Below, piece after piece: positions 49,300 through 59,728 of a stretch of 64,000 bases of DNA (position 1 is its first letter; each line of letters starts with the position of its first letter). The translations under genes were made by a program, and so were the position numbers. The stretch is taken from contig JBGAHS010000004.1 of NCBI GenBank assembly GCA_044226015.1, forward strand, positions 384,001 through 448,000, written 5' to 3'. Origin of the DNA: Candidatus Obscuribacteraceae bacterium. GTDB lineage: Bacteria; Cyanobacteriota; Vampirovibrionia; Obscuribacterales; Obscuribacteraceae. Below the pieces are notes generated by a model. That model ran no database searches and was not told the DNA's origin. It saw nothing but the letters and a program-made list of their open reading frames with translations.

Positions 49300-50628
49300 T
49301 TGAAGAAGCGACCGTTTAGCCTCATATCGTTTCCCTATGCTTGTCTTCTGGTGTACTGGTTCCTCTTTGCTTTGTTTGGGCTTTTGAGCGAACTCGTGCT
49401 GCCTCCTGCTCTCGTTTTTAAGAAAGATGGCAAAATCGCAATTGCTGACTTCATTTGCTTTTATGAAGCCGGAAAAATAGCTGTTCAGACTGCATTTCAG
49501 AATATCAGTATCTACGATTACAAGATGCAGCTGGACGAGTTGAACAGAATTATTTCTCCGGAAAAAAGCGATCTTGTTTTTGCCATTCCATATCCTCCGC
49601 CTTTCTATCTCTCGTTTGTTCCCTTCAGTTTGCTATCTTTGTCCAATGCATTTCGAGTCTGGTTGGCGATATCACTTTGCTTTGGTACTGCCGCAATAAC
49701 CGCATTATTGAAGTTGCGTGGAAACTTCAGTCGGCTATCAATTTTCATGTTTATTTGTGCTGCATTTGTCAGTATTCCATCACAAATTACGCTCTCAATA
49801 GGGCAGCTAGTCTGGTTTAACCTGGGTCTGCTTTCAGGTTTTGCATATTGTTCTTTGAAAAAACGAGATGTTCTAGCTGGAATCTTTCTGGCTCTCAGTC
49901 TTCTGAAACCAACACTTGCTCTTTTCGCCTTTGTATATTGTCTGGCCGCGAGAAGGTGGCGGATTGTCTGTTCCACTCTGATAACTTATGCGATTTTTGC
50001 TTCGATATGCGTATGCACCTTCGGCTTGAAGTCATGCCTTGATTATCTGCCGTACGTTGCTGCAGCCTCTAGCTCGCCGCTTTTCTTTGGTTTGACTTTG
50101 GAAAGCCAGGCTAATTTGCATGCAATGTTTGCACTATTTCTCCCACGAAATATCGCAAGTCTACTTGCCTATGCAGGGCTGCTTCTTGGACTGGCTCTGG
50201 TCTGTTATGTTGCAAACCAGCAGCGCAAGCAGATTGGTGAGAAGTCTGAGCTGATGTGGAAGTGGGGGCTCGCGTTAACACTGGTAATGTGTCTTTTCTT
50301 CAGTCCTCATGCGCATTTTCCGGATGGACTTTTGCTTGCGTTAAGTGCTGCCCTGACACTACCCACGGTGTCTTTTGTTGAATCGATTAGGATGAAGGGG
50401 GCACTCGGCGTCTGGTCTAGAACGCTGATTTGCTACTCTCTGGTAGGCTTCTTCGTTCTAATTGCGGCTGGGTTTATTTATCAGGTTAAGCCGATAGTAC
50501 TGTTTTTGTTGAACGCAACGCTCTTATCTTCAGGGCTGCTGTACTTTTCTCAGTTAAGCGCAGGCACGAATAATCAACCAATCTCAGGACTTCTTGATTC
50601 CGATGAACCTGATTCCAACCTGGTTTAG
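49300..50628 (+). CDS. GT87-like (DUF2029) polytopic glycosyltransferase
   Basis: DFICFYEAG, PYPPPF, GQ, LKP motifs; many TM helices. Confidence 0.8.
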   Translation: MKKRPFSLISFPYACLLVYWFLFALFGLLSELVLPPALVFKKDGKIAIADFICFYEAGKIAVQTAFQNISIYDYKMQLDELNRIISPEKSDLVFAIPYPPPFYLSFVPFSLLSLSNAFRVWLAISLCFGTAAITALLKLRGNFSRLSIFMFICAAFVSIPSQITLSIGQLVWFNLGLLSGFAYCSLKKRDVLAGIFLALSLLKPTLALFAFVYCLAARRWRIVCSTLITYAIFASICVCTFGLKSCLDYLPYVAAASSSPLFFGLTLESQANLHAMFALFLPRNIASLLAYAGLLLGLALVCYVANQQRKQIGEKSELMWKWGLALTLVMCLFFSPHAHFPDGLLLALSAALTLPTVSFVESIRMKGALGVWSRTLICYSLVGFFVLIAAGFIYQVKPIVLFLLNATLLSSGLLYFSQLSAGTNNQPISGLLDSDEPDSNLV

Positions 50629-51369
50629 TTGATTTGCCGCACAAAGCCTGCTTTCCCATTCATATAGTCGTTCGCTCTGTTTCTCGCTTATATCCTCTTG
50701 AAAGTACCGATAGAGATATGGCAAATCAAGTTCGAGTACTGTAGTGAATTTCTCTTTCAGCAAAGGCATAAACTCAGTTGAACGAAGAACACCATGCTGC
50801 TCGTGGTGAGAGCGTAAATCTGCAAGCAGGTCTTGCGGAATTTGCCCATTCTCGAGCTTTGGTCCGCGGCTCTTGCCCGCTTCGAGATCTGCAAGGACCA
50901 GTGACTTAACCCCGTAATAGAACAATGCTTCTCGCGTTTCAATGCGTTCTATGGCGAAGTCGTCCAGTATTAATTTCCCGCCGTTTTTCAATAGCTCAAA
51001 TGATTTTTCAATTGCCTTATGGGGCGGGTGAATGTGATGAAGCGAGCGACTGAACAGCAAGCAATCAAATTGTTCTGAATGGCTGAATTCGAGAAAATCA
51101 ACAAGCTTTGTCTCAACACCATTCTCTGCTGCCTCCGCTACTGCATCTGCATTGCCATCGATCGCAAGCACATTAAAGCCCTTATTCAACAGTGGTTTTG
51201 CAACGCATCCAGTTCCACTGCCGACGTCGAGTATGCTTGCACCTGTCTTGAGTTGACTTGAAACAAAATCTGCGGTTTGTTCTGCGCCTAGATTTCTCTT
51301 GTTAAAATCAATTTTCTGCTTGCGACAATCTTCGTGTCTGTGTTCGTGAATGTGACCCTGCGTATGCAT
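50584..51369 (-). CDS. Class I SAM-dependent methyltransferase
   Basis: ILDVGSGTG, FDCLLFSRSLHHI, LKNGGKLILDD. Confidence 0.88.
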   Translation of the reverse strand: MHTQGHIHEHRHEDCRKQKIDFNKRNLGAEQTADFVSSQLKTGASILDVGSGTGCVAKPLLNKGFNVLAIDGNADAVAEAAENGVETKLVDFLEFSHSEQFDCLLFSRSLHHIHPPHKAIEKSFELLKNGGKLILDDFAIERIETREALFYYGVKSLVLADLEAGKSRGPKLENGQIPQDLLADLRSHHEQHGVLRSTEFMPLLKEKFTTVLELDLPYLYRYFQEDISEKQSERLYEWESRLCAANQLNQVGIRFIGIKKS

Positions 51370-51405
51370 TGCGCTCTCTCTAGAGTTTGTTTGAATAGTA
51401 GAAGA

Positions 51406-51777
51406 CTACTTTGTCGGTTCTCCAAGGACTTTCTTGCACTCCTCGAGTAACTGCACTGGAACAAAAGGCTTGGTGAGTACGGAAATCACATTCAAATTAT
51501 CATACTGTTTGAGTTCGTCAGTTTCGGTTTTTGCCGTGACAAAGATAACAGGAGCATTTGAACCTTGTTCACGTAGTTTTTTTAGAGTCTGCGCCCCGTC
51601 GAACCCTGGCATTATGAAGTCCAGCAAGATCAGCTTGGGCTGCTCTTTTAAGGCTACCTTCAGTGCCTCTGCGCCATTGACTGCGGAGAGTACTTTGCAG
51701 TCCCAGTGGCTCTCAATTGCGTTTTTTGCAATGATTCTAATCGTTGCGTCATTGTCTACCATTAGTACGATGAACAT
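51406..51777 (-). CDS. Stand-alone response regulator receiver protein
   Basis: VDND, LLDFIMPGFDG (phospho-Asp), FVTA, KPF. Confidence 0.92.
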   Translation of the reverse strand: MFIVLMVDNDATIRIIAKNAIESHWDCKVLSAVNGAEALKVALKEQPKLILLDFIMPGFDGAQTLKKLREQGSNAPVIFVTAKTETDELKQYDNLNVISVLTKPFVPVQLLEECKKVLGEPTK

Positions 51778-51941
51778 GATTTCCTCGTTTCAGAAGATGT
51801 TTGATGAAATAGCTTTGATGCGTATGAGCTAAACATATTGCCAAGATTCAACAGTTTTCCATTATGATTACTGCCCTACTAGAGTTTTGATCAAATGCTA
51901 GCATTAACTAGCACAAATGTGGACGTTGCAAGAGTTGCATT

Positions 51942-53312
51942 GTGTCAAATTTAGCCGCTGAAGAATTTAATAGCAGAAGTGAACATGTCGAAAAGCCTAA
52001 CTGGCATGTACTTCTGGCGACATGGTTGGGTGGCATGTTCGATGGCATGGACTCCTCCATATTTGCGATTGTTCTCTACCCTTCTTTGTCAGAAATGCTT
52101 CATACAACCTCACATTCAGTGGTTGGGCTTCATGGGTCTTATGTGGTTGCAGTCTTCATGTTGGGTTGGGCGCTTGGTGCAATCTTATTTGGAGTACTAG
52201 CTGATTACATTGGCAGAGCGCGTACTATGACATTGACCATCCTTCTCTATGCACTCTGCACAGGGCTCTGCGCTACCGCGCATAACTGGTGGGAACTGGC
52301 AATCTATCGGTTCCTTGTAGGTGCTGGTATTGGTGGCGAAATGGGCATTGGAGCTGTGATGTTATCGGAGTGCTGGCCCAATAAGTCACGAGTCTTTGCC
52401 ATAGGAGCAATGGCTAGTTCGCTGGGCTTTGGATACATGGCTACGGCGACGTTGAATCTTTTTCTAGGGCATCATGGCTGGCGTTGGTTGTTTGTAGCAG
52501 GCGTTGTACCGGCGTTTCTCACTGTCTACATTCGAGCGAAACTAAAAGAGCCAGAGCAATTTGTTCAAAGCCAGGCGATGATCGCCGCTGCAAAATCTAA
52601 GCCTGTGGAGTCAAGAACAGAGGATGAACACCGGCTGCTTAGAACAACAATTCAAGAATTGTTCGAGCCGGCAAATCTCAAGAAAACATGGCTCTTAGTT
52701 GCTTTGACCAGTACCGCAATTATTGGATGGTGGGCTGTTCTTGCCTGGATTCCCGCATGGATAAATCAACTGACCGGCCAGCTTGCGGTCGAGCAACGTA
52801 GCATTGCCATGTTCTTCAAAGACACTGGAATGATTCTCTCTGGTTTTGTCGGTTGTTGGGTCATCAGCAAGCTTGGTTACAAGCGAACGACTTTGCTCAC
52901 TTTCGTGCTTGCTTTTCTTTCTTCAACAGGAATGTTCTTGTTGAACAAAACCTATAGCACATCGCTGCTTTGCTGGATTCTGTTGGTTGGTTTTTGGTGC
53001 CATTTACCATTTGTGGTTTTGTGGAGCTACATACCAGAGTGCTTTGAAGCGAGAATTCGAAGCACCGCATTTGGTGTAGCCTTCAACCTGGGAAGATTCG
53101 CTGCAGCTGCGGCCGCATTGCTCAGCGGTAACCTGATTACAATTTTTGGCGGGTCATATGCAATGGCCGCCTCAAGTATTGCCAGCATTTATTTGCTAGG
53201 GTTGATTCCCACCCTGTTCATGCCAAAAACATCAGGAACAATGCTTTTGAACCGACGGGAATCTTCTGTCACCCTTGAGGCGCCTGAAGGAGCTCAAGCT
53301 AGCGAAGCTTGA
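51942..53312 (+). CDS. MFS transporter (sialate/aromatic acid/cis,cis-muconate-like)
   Basis: GVLADYIGRAR motif A, RFLVGAGIGGE, PECFEARIRSTA; 12 TM. Confidence 0.92.
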   Translation: MSNLAAEEFNSRSEHVEKPNWHVLLATWLGGMFDGMDSSIFAIVLYPSLSEMLHTTSHSVVGLHGSYVVAVFMLGWALGAILFGVLADYIGRARTMTLTILLYALCTGLCATAHNWWELAIYRFLVGAGIGGEMGIGAVMLSECWPNKSRVFAIGAMASSLGFGYMATATLNLFLGHHGWRWLFVAGVVPAFLTVYIRAKLKEPEQFVQSQAMIAAAKSKPVESRTEDEHRLLRTTIQELFEPANLKKTWLLVALTSTAIIGWWAVLAWIPAWINQLTGQLAVEQRSIAMFFKDTGMILSGFVGCWVISKLGYKRTTLLTFVLAFLSSTGMFLLNKTYSTSLLCWILLVGFWCHLPFVVLWSYIPECFEARIRSTAFGVAFNLGRFAAAAAALLSGNLITIFGGSYAMAASSIASIYLLGLIPTLFMPKTSGTMLLNRRESSVTLEAPEGAQASEA

Positions 53313-53347
53313 TGTTTTTAGTCTGGTCTATGATCTCTAACTACAGC

Positions 53348-53989
53348 TTATTTGCTACTAAAAGCTTCTTTCAAAGCTGTTCTAGCGGCCAATTCTTTTC
53401 TGAGTGTGACCAAAATATCTTGTTCACGTTCTAAGCGCAGTTCAGTGTCTTCCATTTCGAGAAGCGTCTGCTGTTCTTCAGTTAATCCATAAACGCTTCC
53501 AGCAACCCAGTACGAGAGCTCAAGCGGATCTGTCGGCAGGTCATCAGGGAATTCGATGTTTTTGTCAGACAGCTTCGCAGACAATTTCACAACATCTCGC
53601 AAAACTTCCTTGAGTTCGGTCGCTTTTTCCTTCAAGTCTTTATCGGTAGGATTATCGTCTATCCACTCGACCTGCCCGATTATGTATGGCTTTTCCTGAT
53701 TAACATGAATCAGTCTGAATCTTTGTTGTCCAACTGTCATCAAGTTCATCCGCCCGTCTTGCAGCCTTTTGCAATTCACTATTACTGCTGAGCATCCATG
53801 TTTTGCTGGTTCGCCGGTGGATGGGTCGATCATCACGACGCCGAATCTCGAATCAGTCTTGAGGACGTCATTTATCATCTCTCTATAGCGAGGCTCGAAA
53901 ATGTGCAGCGGTAGCCATCCTCCCGGAAAGAGAACAACTTCGGGAAGTGGGAACAGTGGGATTGCCTCCGCCCAACTGGATGCGACCAT
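53348..53989 (-). CDS. LON peptidase substrate-binding (N-terminal) domain protein
   Basis: PLFPLPEVVLFPG..LPLHIFEPRYREM, DGRMNL..GQQRF. Confidence 0.92.
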   Translation of the reverse strand: MVASSWAEAIPLFPLPEVVLFPGGWLPLHIFEPRYREMINDVLKTDSRFGVVMIDPSTGEPAKHGCSAVIVNCKRLQDGRMNLMTVGQQRFRLIHVNQEKPYIIGQVEWIDDNPTDKDLKEKATELKEVLRDVVKLSAKLSDKNIEFPDDLPTDPLELSYWVAGSVYGLTEEQQTLLEMEDTELRLEREQDILVTLRKELAARTALKEAFSSK

Positions 53990-54166
53990 TTAATGTCTCC
54001 AAAACATAGGGTTCACATATACTCTAGCAAGTTTTATGCAGCGCTTGCTCGATTCTTATCATAAGCGCCTCATTCCTTATACTTCCCGCTTTATTTCAAA
54101 ATTCAGGTTAAATCTGAGCTGTTCATTTTGGGTGACTGTAATCAGATTGTGTGCATAATATTCCGT

Positions 54167-55828
54167 ATGGACACTAATGTCGAAAGTTCACTTACCAAAG
54201 AGCCTTGGGGTCCTTATGAGTTAAGGGCGAATCCCCTTGCGATTCTTCGCTTGTCTCTGGGAACAGCCGGGGCGATTTCGACTGCGCTTCTAATTCCAGA
54301 CATTTTTTCCTTACTTCCAACTGCGAACGATTCATTTATCCTGCTCAGTCGCGCGATGGGACTCTGGGGCTACTGCTACGTTCTCTGGACGACCGGCTTC
54401 ATGTGTATCTTGCACATGGTGAGAATTTTTGGCGGGCGTATTCTACTTGATGAGAATGGAATGAAGCTGGGGCGGCTGGGGAAACCGATTCCATGGCGCC
54501 GTATTGAGGCAATTACTGTTACAGAGCGCAGCCTCTTTGCCAAGCTTTTCTTTGTGCCTGCTTATCTTTTGACCCTTCATTACCAGAATGAAAAGGGAAA
54601 ACGTGTCAGCAAGCAGATTGCATCTTTTCAGTACTTAAAACGAGAGTTCTTTTCACTCTTCTTTCATATAGCTAAGCGCGGATTGAACGTTGAGCCCTGG
54701 AGTCTCGATGTCTTCTTATTCAATGATAGTGGCAACAAGCAACTTCGCAATATCGCACAAGAAGGGCGAGTGAAGCGTGTCTTGCTAACTGCTCTAATTA
54801 CTTTTGGGTTATTTTCTTTCCTGGGAAGGAAGGCTTCGGTCAACTATACCTTTAATATGGGCAACAAGGAATTTGCAGCTGGTCATTATGACCGGGCTAT
54901 TTCATTCTATAGCACCGCATCTGGTATCGAATTCAGTTTTGCGCCAGCGTGGGATAGACTCGCACGGTCTGAATTTAGAATCGGTGATATAAGTGCTGCC
55001 GAAGAGCACTGGAAGGAAGCTCTTAAATGGAAGCCTGATTTTGTTGAATCTAAATTAGGTCTCTCGAAAATATACATGCTCGAAGGTCGGCTCGAGGAAG
55101 CTCAAAAATTGGTGAGTTCTTCCGCAAGGTTGGCTCAGCTTGACGAAGCTGTCTATATTAATGATGCTCAGCTAGATTCAATAATCGGAAAAAACAGAAG
55201 TGCCATCGACAAGCTCGAGAACTTCATAAAGCAAAAGCAGGGTCGCGAGCAAGCTATCTGCATTCTCGCGCGCTGTTATATGAAGGAAGGAGAGTTCGCA
55301 CGTGCGCAACAGCTTTTAGACTCCAACCCTGGACTGTTGCAAAATTCTTTTTCTAGACCATTTTGCATCATGGTTCTGGCAGAACTAAGTATTGCCCGTG
55401 GTGACTTTAAGAATGCGGCTAACTTGCTTCGCCCTTTGAGAATGCAATCTCAGCATGACCCTGAGCTGTTGTTAGACTTAGCGCACCTGGACCTGGCTGC
55501 GGGTAAGTATGCTGAAGCAGACAAGAAGCTTGACCTTGCTGAGAAAATCAACAAAGACAATCCGTGGCTTAGTTTGATGCGCGCCAGGCTTGCAATGGCT
55601 AGTGGCTCAAGCTCGGCCGATTTCTATATTACCAGAGCTAGTAATTGGAAATTACCAGATGCTTGCTTATTGGCGGCTGTTGCCGAACTTTATTTGCGCA
55701 ATGGTAATCTCAGTGAAGCTGAGAGTTGTTCTAAGAAGAGCCTTGCTCTCGATCCGCAAAATCTCATTGCGCAAAAGGTGATGAATGAATTGAAATCGTC
55801 GACTCCTATTAAAAAAGGAGAAACGTGA
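54167..55828 (+). CDS. Membrane protein with PH-like domain and C-terminal TPR array
   Basis: TM helices; LDENGM..IPWRRIEAI; multiple TPRs; ORF open from 54128. Confidence 0.8.
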   Translation: MDTNVESSLTKEPWGPYELRANPLAILRLSLGTAGAISTALLIPDIFSLLPTANDSFILLSRAMGLWGYCYVLWTTGFMCILHMVRIFGGRILLDENGMKLGRLGKPIPWRRIEAITVTERSLFAKLFFVPAYLLTLHYQNEKGKRVSKQIASFQYLKREFFSLFFHIAKRGLNVEPWSLDVFLFNDSGNKQLRNIAQEGRVKRVLLTALITFGLFSFLGRKASVNYTFNMGNKEFAAGHYDRAISFYSTASGIEFSFAPAWDRLARSEFRIGDISAAEEHWKEALKWKPDFVESKLGLSKIYMLEGRLEEAQKLVSSSARLAQLDEAVYINDAQLDSIIGKNRSAIDKLENFIKQKQGREQAICILARCYMKEGEFARAQQLLDSNPGLLQNSFSRPFCIMVLAELSIARGDFKNAANLLRPLRMQSQHDPELLLDLAHLDLAAGKYAEADKKLDLAEKINKDNPWLSLMRARLAMASGSSSADFYITRASNWKLPDACLLAAVAELYLRNGNLSEAESCSKKSLALDPQNLIAQKVMNELKSSTPIKKGET

Positions 55829-56346
55829 TGGATACTGCTAAAGCACTTATGATTCTTTTCGTTCGCTGTTTGTTTCTATCTCTTGCGCTTGCCTACCTGA
55901 TGGCTTTTATTGAAGGGCTCAGAACTATGGGGAACACTCCGTTTATGTTTCCCTTTACTGTGCCGCAAACACCACGTTTGCTTACGTCCACTGTGCTGAA
56001 CGACCCTCTTGCGCTTGCGATCGATAACTTTTTGTACGCTTACAATTGTGCATTTCCAGGTGCCTGTAGATTGGGAAATGGAATCGGTTTGTTAGCAGGT
56101 GCTTTCTGGTCTTTGCACAGCACCAGTGTAAAGCCATTTAATGGAAAGCCTGCCTATGTTGAACGATGTGTAATTGGATTGCTGGCAGGATTCATAATTG
56201 GTTCTCGTATGATGTTTATGCTCAGCAGTAGACCCTATACAGTACTTGATGCAGGCATCATTGGTATGCTTTCATTTTGTGTTTACTTGCTACTGGCAGC
56301 CAGAAAGCCTGTGACTCCCAAAATCCCCATAGTCCCGTTTCGTTGA
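55825..56346 (+). CDS. Hypothetical membrane protein
   Basis: 173 aa; ~4 TM; GTGA overlap with upstream gene. Confidence 0.7.
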   Translation: MMDTAKALMILFVRCLFLSLALAYLMAFIEGLRTMGNTPFMFPFTVPQTPRLLTSTVLNDPLALAIDNFLYAYNCAFPGACRLGNGIGLLAGAFWSLHSTSVKPFNGKPAYVERCVIGLLAGFIIGSRMMFMLSSRPYTVLDAGIIGMLSFCVYLLLAARKPVTPKIPIVPFR

Positions 56347-56409
56347 ACCGGCGTTCACAGATAGTAAACAAAGATAGTATATAAATTGAAGATGTCTTGA
56401 AAAGGTGAA

Positions 56410-57096
56410 GTGATTTTCGTGCACATCAAAATTCAGAACTTATCAAAAACCTATGCCGAACATGAAGTGAAAGCTCTCACGGACGTGAGTCTGGGTTTCG
56501 AGCGGGGCGAGTTTGTGGCAGTGATGGGTCCAAGCGGCTGCGGCAAAAGCAGTTTGTTGAACATCATCGCTGGAATTGATAGAGCGAGTTCTGGACATCT
56601 TTTTATTGGCGACACAGACATTACCACTCTGTCCGATGCAGAGTTGACTAAATTACGGCGAGACAAAATTGGTTTCGTTTTCCAATTTTTTAATTTGTTG
56701 TCAACGCTGACTGCAGGTGAGAATGTGGCTTTGCCGCTTGAGTTGGCGGGACAACTCTCGAGCAAAGAGATTCGGCTCCGGCGCGACGAGATGTTGGAGA
56801 AAGTTGGATTGTTGAAACGTTGTGATTTCTACCCTTCACAGCTTTCGGGCGGTGAAATGCAACGCATTGCGATTGCTCGTGCAATTATTCACAAGCCGGA
56901 GTTAATTGTTGCAGATGAGCCTAGCGGCAATCTCGATACTGAAAATGGTCAGCAAGTGCTAAACCTTTTTTCTGAGCTGTGTAAAGAAGGTAATCACACG
57001 GCTATAATGGCAACGCATAGCCTGGAAGCCGCTGAAATAGCCAATCGCACTATTCACTTGAAAGACGGAAAACTTTTGGAGTCGAGCAGAAAGTGA
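56410..57096 (+). CDS. ABC transporter ATP-binding protein (LolD/MacB/AttE-like)
   Basis: GPSGCGKS, IGFVFQFFNL, LSGGEMQR, ADEPSGNLD. Confidence 0.93.
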   Translation: MIFVHIKIQNLSKTYAEHEVKALTDVSLGFERGEFVAVMGPSGCGKSSLLNIIAGIDRASSGHLFIGDTDITTLSDAELTKLRRDKIGFVFQFFNLLSTLTAGENVALPLELAGQLSSKEIRLRRDEMLEKVGLLKRCDFYPSQLSGGEMQRIAIARAIIHKPELIVADEPSGNLDTENGQQVLNLFSELCKEGNHTAIMATHSLEAAEIANRTIHLKDGKLLESSRK

Positions 57097-59663
57097 ATGC
57101 TTTTTTTCTTCTTTTTCGTCGCTTCATCTGGCGTGATTTGCTCAAAAACAGAGTGCGGAGTACTTTAACAGTTCTGGGAATCGCTCTCGGTGTCGCTGTG
57201 ATGTTGGCAATTTATCTTGCAAATAGTACTGCTTTAGGCAAGTTTCAAGAGAGCATAGACCTTGTTGCCGGAAAGTCGAATATGGAAATACGTGCTATTT
57301 CCGAAAGTGATCTGAACGAGCAAGTACTCGCTTCGCTTCATGAGCTCTGGGACGAGAATGTAAAGTTCACTCCCATTATCGATCAGCTTGCAATTGGTGC
57401 CGAGTCGCCACATGAGGTCATGCAAGTTCTTGGAATTGATATTTTTGCTGACTATGCTTTTCGTAGCATGAAAATTGATCAGAAGTCTCAAGACTCATCT
57501 GGACTGGGTATCTTCAAAGAGAATCATGCATATGTGGGCGAAGCTATAGCCCAACGCTTTCACCTGAAAGCTGGCGATTCGTTCAAGGTTTTGATTAATG
57601 ACTCAGAGCAAAAGCTTTTTGTCGAGGGCATAATCGCAGCTGAAGGCGTCGGAAAGGCTTTCAGTGGCAATGTGATGGTGATGGACATTGGTTGTGCGCA
57701 GAAATTGTTTTCTATGCCAGGAAGAATTTCTCGTGTGGACATGATTGTTCCCGATGCAAAATTTGACGCGGTAGAAGCATCGCTGAAAAAAAGGATTCCC
57801 CCAGGTGTGATAGCTGAGCGACCACAGCGGCGCGGGCAACAGGTCGAAAAAATGTTGAAATCGTTTCAGTACAACCTGACTGCGCTCAGCCTTATTGCCT
57901 TGCTGGTTGGAATGTTCTTGATTTACAACACCATGTCAATTAGTGTTATCAGAAGGCGCTGGGAAATTGGCACACTGCGTGCTATCGGCTTGCCTGCGGT
58001 TGAAATCTTTTCTCTATTTGCGCTAGAAGCTGCCGTGCTTGGAGCAATCGGATCGGCTCTGGGTCTAGCACTGGGAGTGTTTTTCGCTCAGTTCGCAGTG
58101 AAAGCCGTTGCTGGCACAGTGCAGACTATGTATGCGGATCAACCCGGCACAGGTTTGGTGGTGAGTTCGCTGGTGCTTGTGCTTGCTTTTGTCGGGGGAA
58201 CTCTTTTTACCGTCGCAGCTGCAATCGCGCCTGCGATCGAGGCTGTCTCAATAGCGCCAGCAGAGGCCTCAAGAAGGGCTTCGTATGAGCGCAAAGTACA
58301 ACGACTGGCTCCGCTGCTTACATTGATAGGAATCACCCTTTATGTTGTGGCGATGATATCTGCAATGCAAAAGCCTATTGCTGGCTTCCCTTTCTTTGGG
58401 TACTTAGCTGCAGCATGCGCGGCGTTTGGAACTGCCGCATTCTCGCCGCTGATTCTGGACAAAGTGCTAAAGACCCTTTCAATCTTACTTGAGAAAATTT
58501 TGGGCACAGAAGCTCGACTTGCTGCTCTCAGCTTACACGGAGCGCTCGGTAGAAGCTCTGTCACAGTCGCATCATTAATGGTTGGCATATCGATGATGGT
58601 GAGCCTGGCAATTATGATTGGTAGTTTCCGCCATACGGTAATTACCTGGGTTGAGCAAACATTGAAGGCAGATTTGTGGATAGAGCCGGTGTCTCGCAAG
58701 AGCAGTAGCCGCACTGGACGCTTAGCACCAGATGTGGTGAAAACCATTCGCAGAGTTAGTGGTATCGATGCCGTTGACGCATTTTTGGATTTTCCGATTG
58801 AATATGATGGAGACCCATGCAACCTGGGTGCTGGTGAACTGGACGTTATGCGAACGCATGGCAACTTAATGTTTGAAAATGGCGAGCGTTCATCAGAGGT
58901 ACTGAATAGAGTTGACAGAAAGGATTCTGCAATCATCTCAGAGAGCTTTTCAATTAAGCACGGGAAACACAAGGGTGACATCCTGACTTTGAATTCTCCA
59001 AGTGGTCCATTCAACGTGAAAGTAGAAGGTGTCTATTACGACTATGCCAGCGACACCGGTTATATCGTTCTTGGTAAAGAGTCGTTTGTGAGACATTTTG
59101 GCGAACGGCAAGCTACGACCCTGGCAGTCTTTTTGCAGAAGAATCAGAATCCCGAAGCTGTGCGGGCTGACATTCTCGAGCAAATTCCTGAGAATACTCG
59201 ATTGATCATACGTACCAATAATGAACTCAAAACTGAAGTGCTTCGTGTTTTCGATAAGACTTTCTCAATAACTTATGCGCTGCATGCAATTGCAATTACG
59301 GTTGCAATTCTTGGAGTTATGAATGCCTTGTTTGCGCTTACAATGGAGTCTCGTCGTGACCTGGGTATTCTCAAATACCTTGGTGCTTCTGAAATCCAGG
59401 TCAAGAAACTTGTTTTGGTACAAGCCGGAATTCTGGGCAGTTTGGGAAATCTTGGCGGACTCATTCTGGGTTTTGTGTTGTCTTTCCTTCTTATCCATGT
59501 CATCAACAAACAATCGTTTGGTTGGACAATTCAACTGGACATACCAGCTGAGTTTCTGTTGGAATCGTTTGCATTGATTTTCTTTTGTTCTCTGGCTTCG
59601 GGGTTCATACCTGCTGGCATTGCAGCGAAAACGCCAGCACCAGAAGTGGTTCGGTCCGAATAG
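57093..59663 (+). CDS. FtsX/MacB-like ABC permease with duplicated domain (AttF/G-like)
   Basis: LTVLGIALGVAV, FLIYNTM..SVIRRRWEIGTLRAIG, HVINKQSFGWTI. Confidence 0.9.
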   Translation: MNAFFLLFRRFIWRDLLKNRVRSTLTVLGIALGVAVMLAIYLANSTALGKFQESIDLVAGKSNMEIRAISESDLNEQVLASLHELWDENVKFTPIIDQLAIGAESPHEVMQVLGIDIFADYAFRSMKIDQKSQDSSGLGIFKENHAYVGEAIAQRFHLKAGDSFKVLINDSEQKLFVEGIIAAEGVGKAFSGNVMVMDIGCAQKLFSMPGRISRVDMIVPDAKFDAVEASLKKRIPPGVIAERPQRRGQQVEKMLKSFQYNLTALSLIALLVGMFLIYNTMSISVIRRRWEIGTLRAIGLPAVEIFSLFALEAAVLGAIGSALGLALGVFFAQFAVKAVAGTVQTMYADQPGTGLVVSSLVLVLAFVGGTLFTVAAAIAPAIEAVSIAPAEASRRASYERKVQRLAPLLTLIGITLYVVAMISAMQKPIAGFPFFGYLAAACAAFGTAAFSPLILDKVLKTLSILLEKILGTEARLAALSLHGALGRSSVTVASLMVGISMMVSLAIMIGSFRHTVITWVEQTLKADLWIEPVSRKSSSRTGRLAPDVVKTIRRVSGIDAVDAFLDFPIEYDGDPCNLGAGELDVMRTHGNLMFENGERSSEVLNRVDRKDSAIISESFSIKHGKHKGDILTLNSPSGPFNVKVEGVYYDYASDTGYIVLGKESFVRHFGERQATTLAVFLQKNQNPEAVRADILEQIPENTRLIIRTNNELKTEVLRVFDKTFSITYALHAIAITVAILGVMNALFALTMESRRDLGILKYLGASEIQVKKLVLVQAGILGSLGNLGGLILGFVLSFLLIHVINKQSFGWTIQLDIPAEFLLESFALIFFCSLASGFIPAGIAAKTPAPEVVRSE

Positions 59664-59728
59664 TCCTCTTGTCGCATGCCCAGCACGAGCATTCCGCCCT
59701 CTATTCGAATGAAGTAATGCGAGGAAAA

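Noticed and set aside
58340..59014. 224-aa antisense ORF and similar nested ORFs across the window
   Set aside because: Lie opposite well-supported genes and have no motifs; typical shadow ORFs
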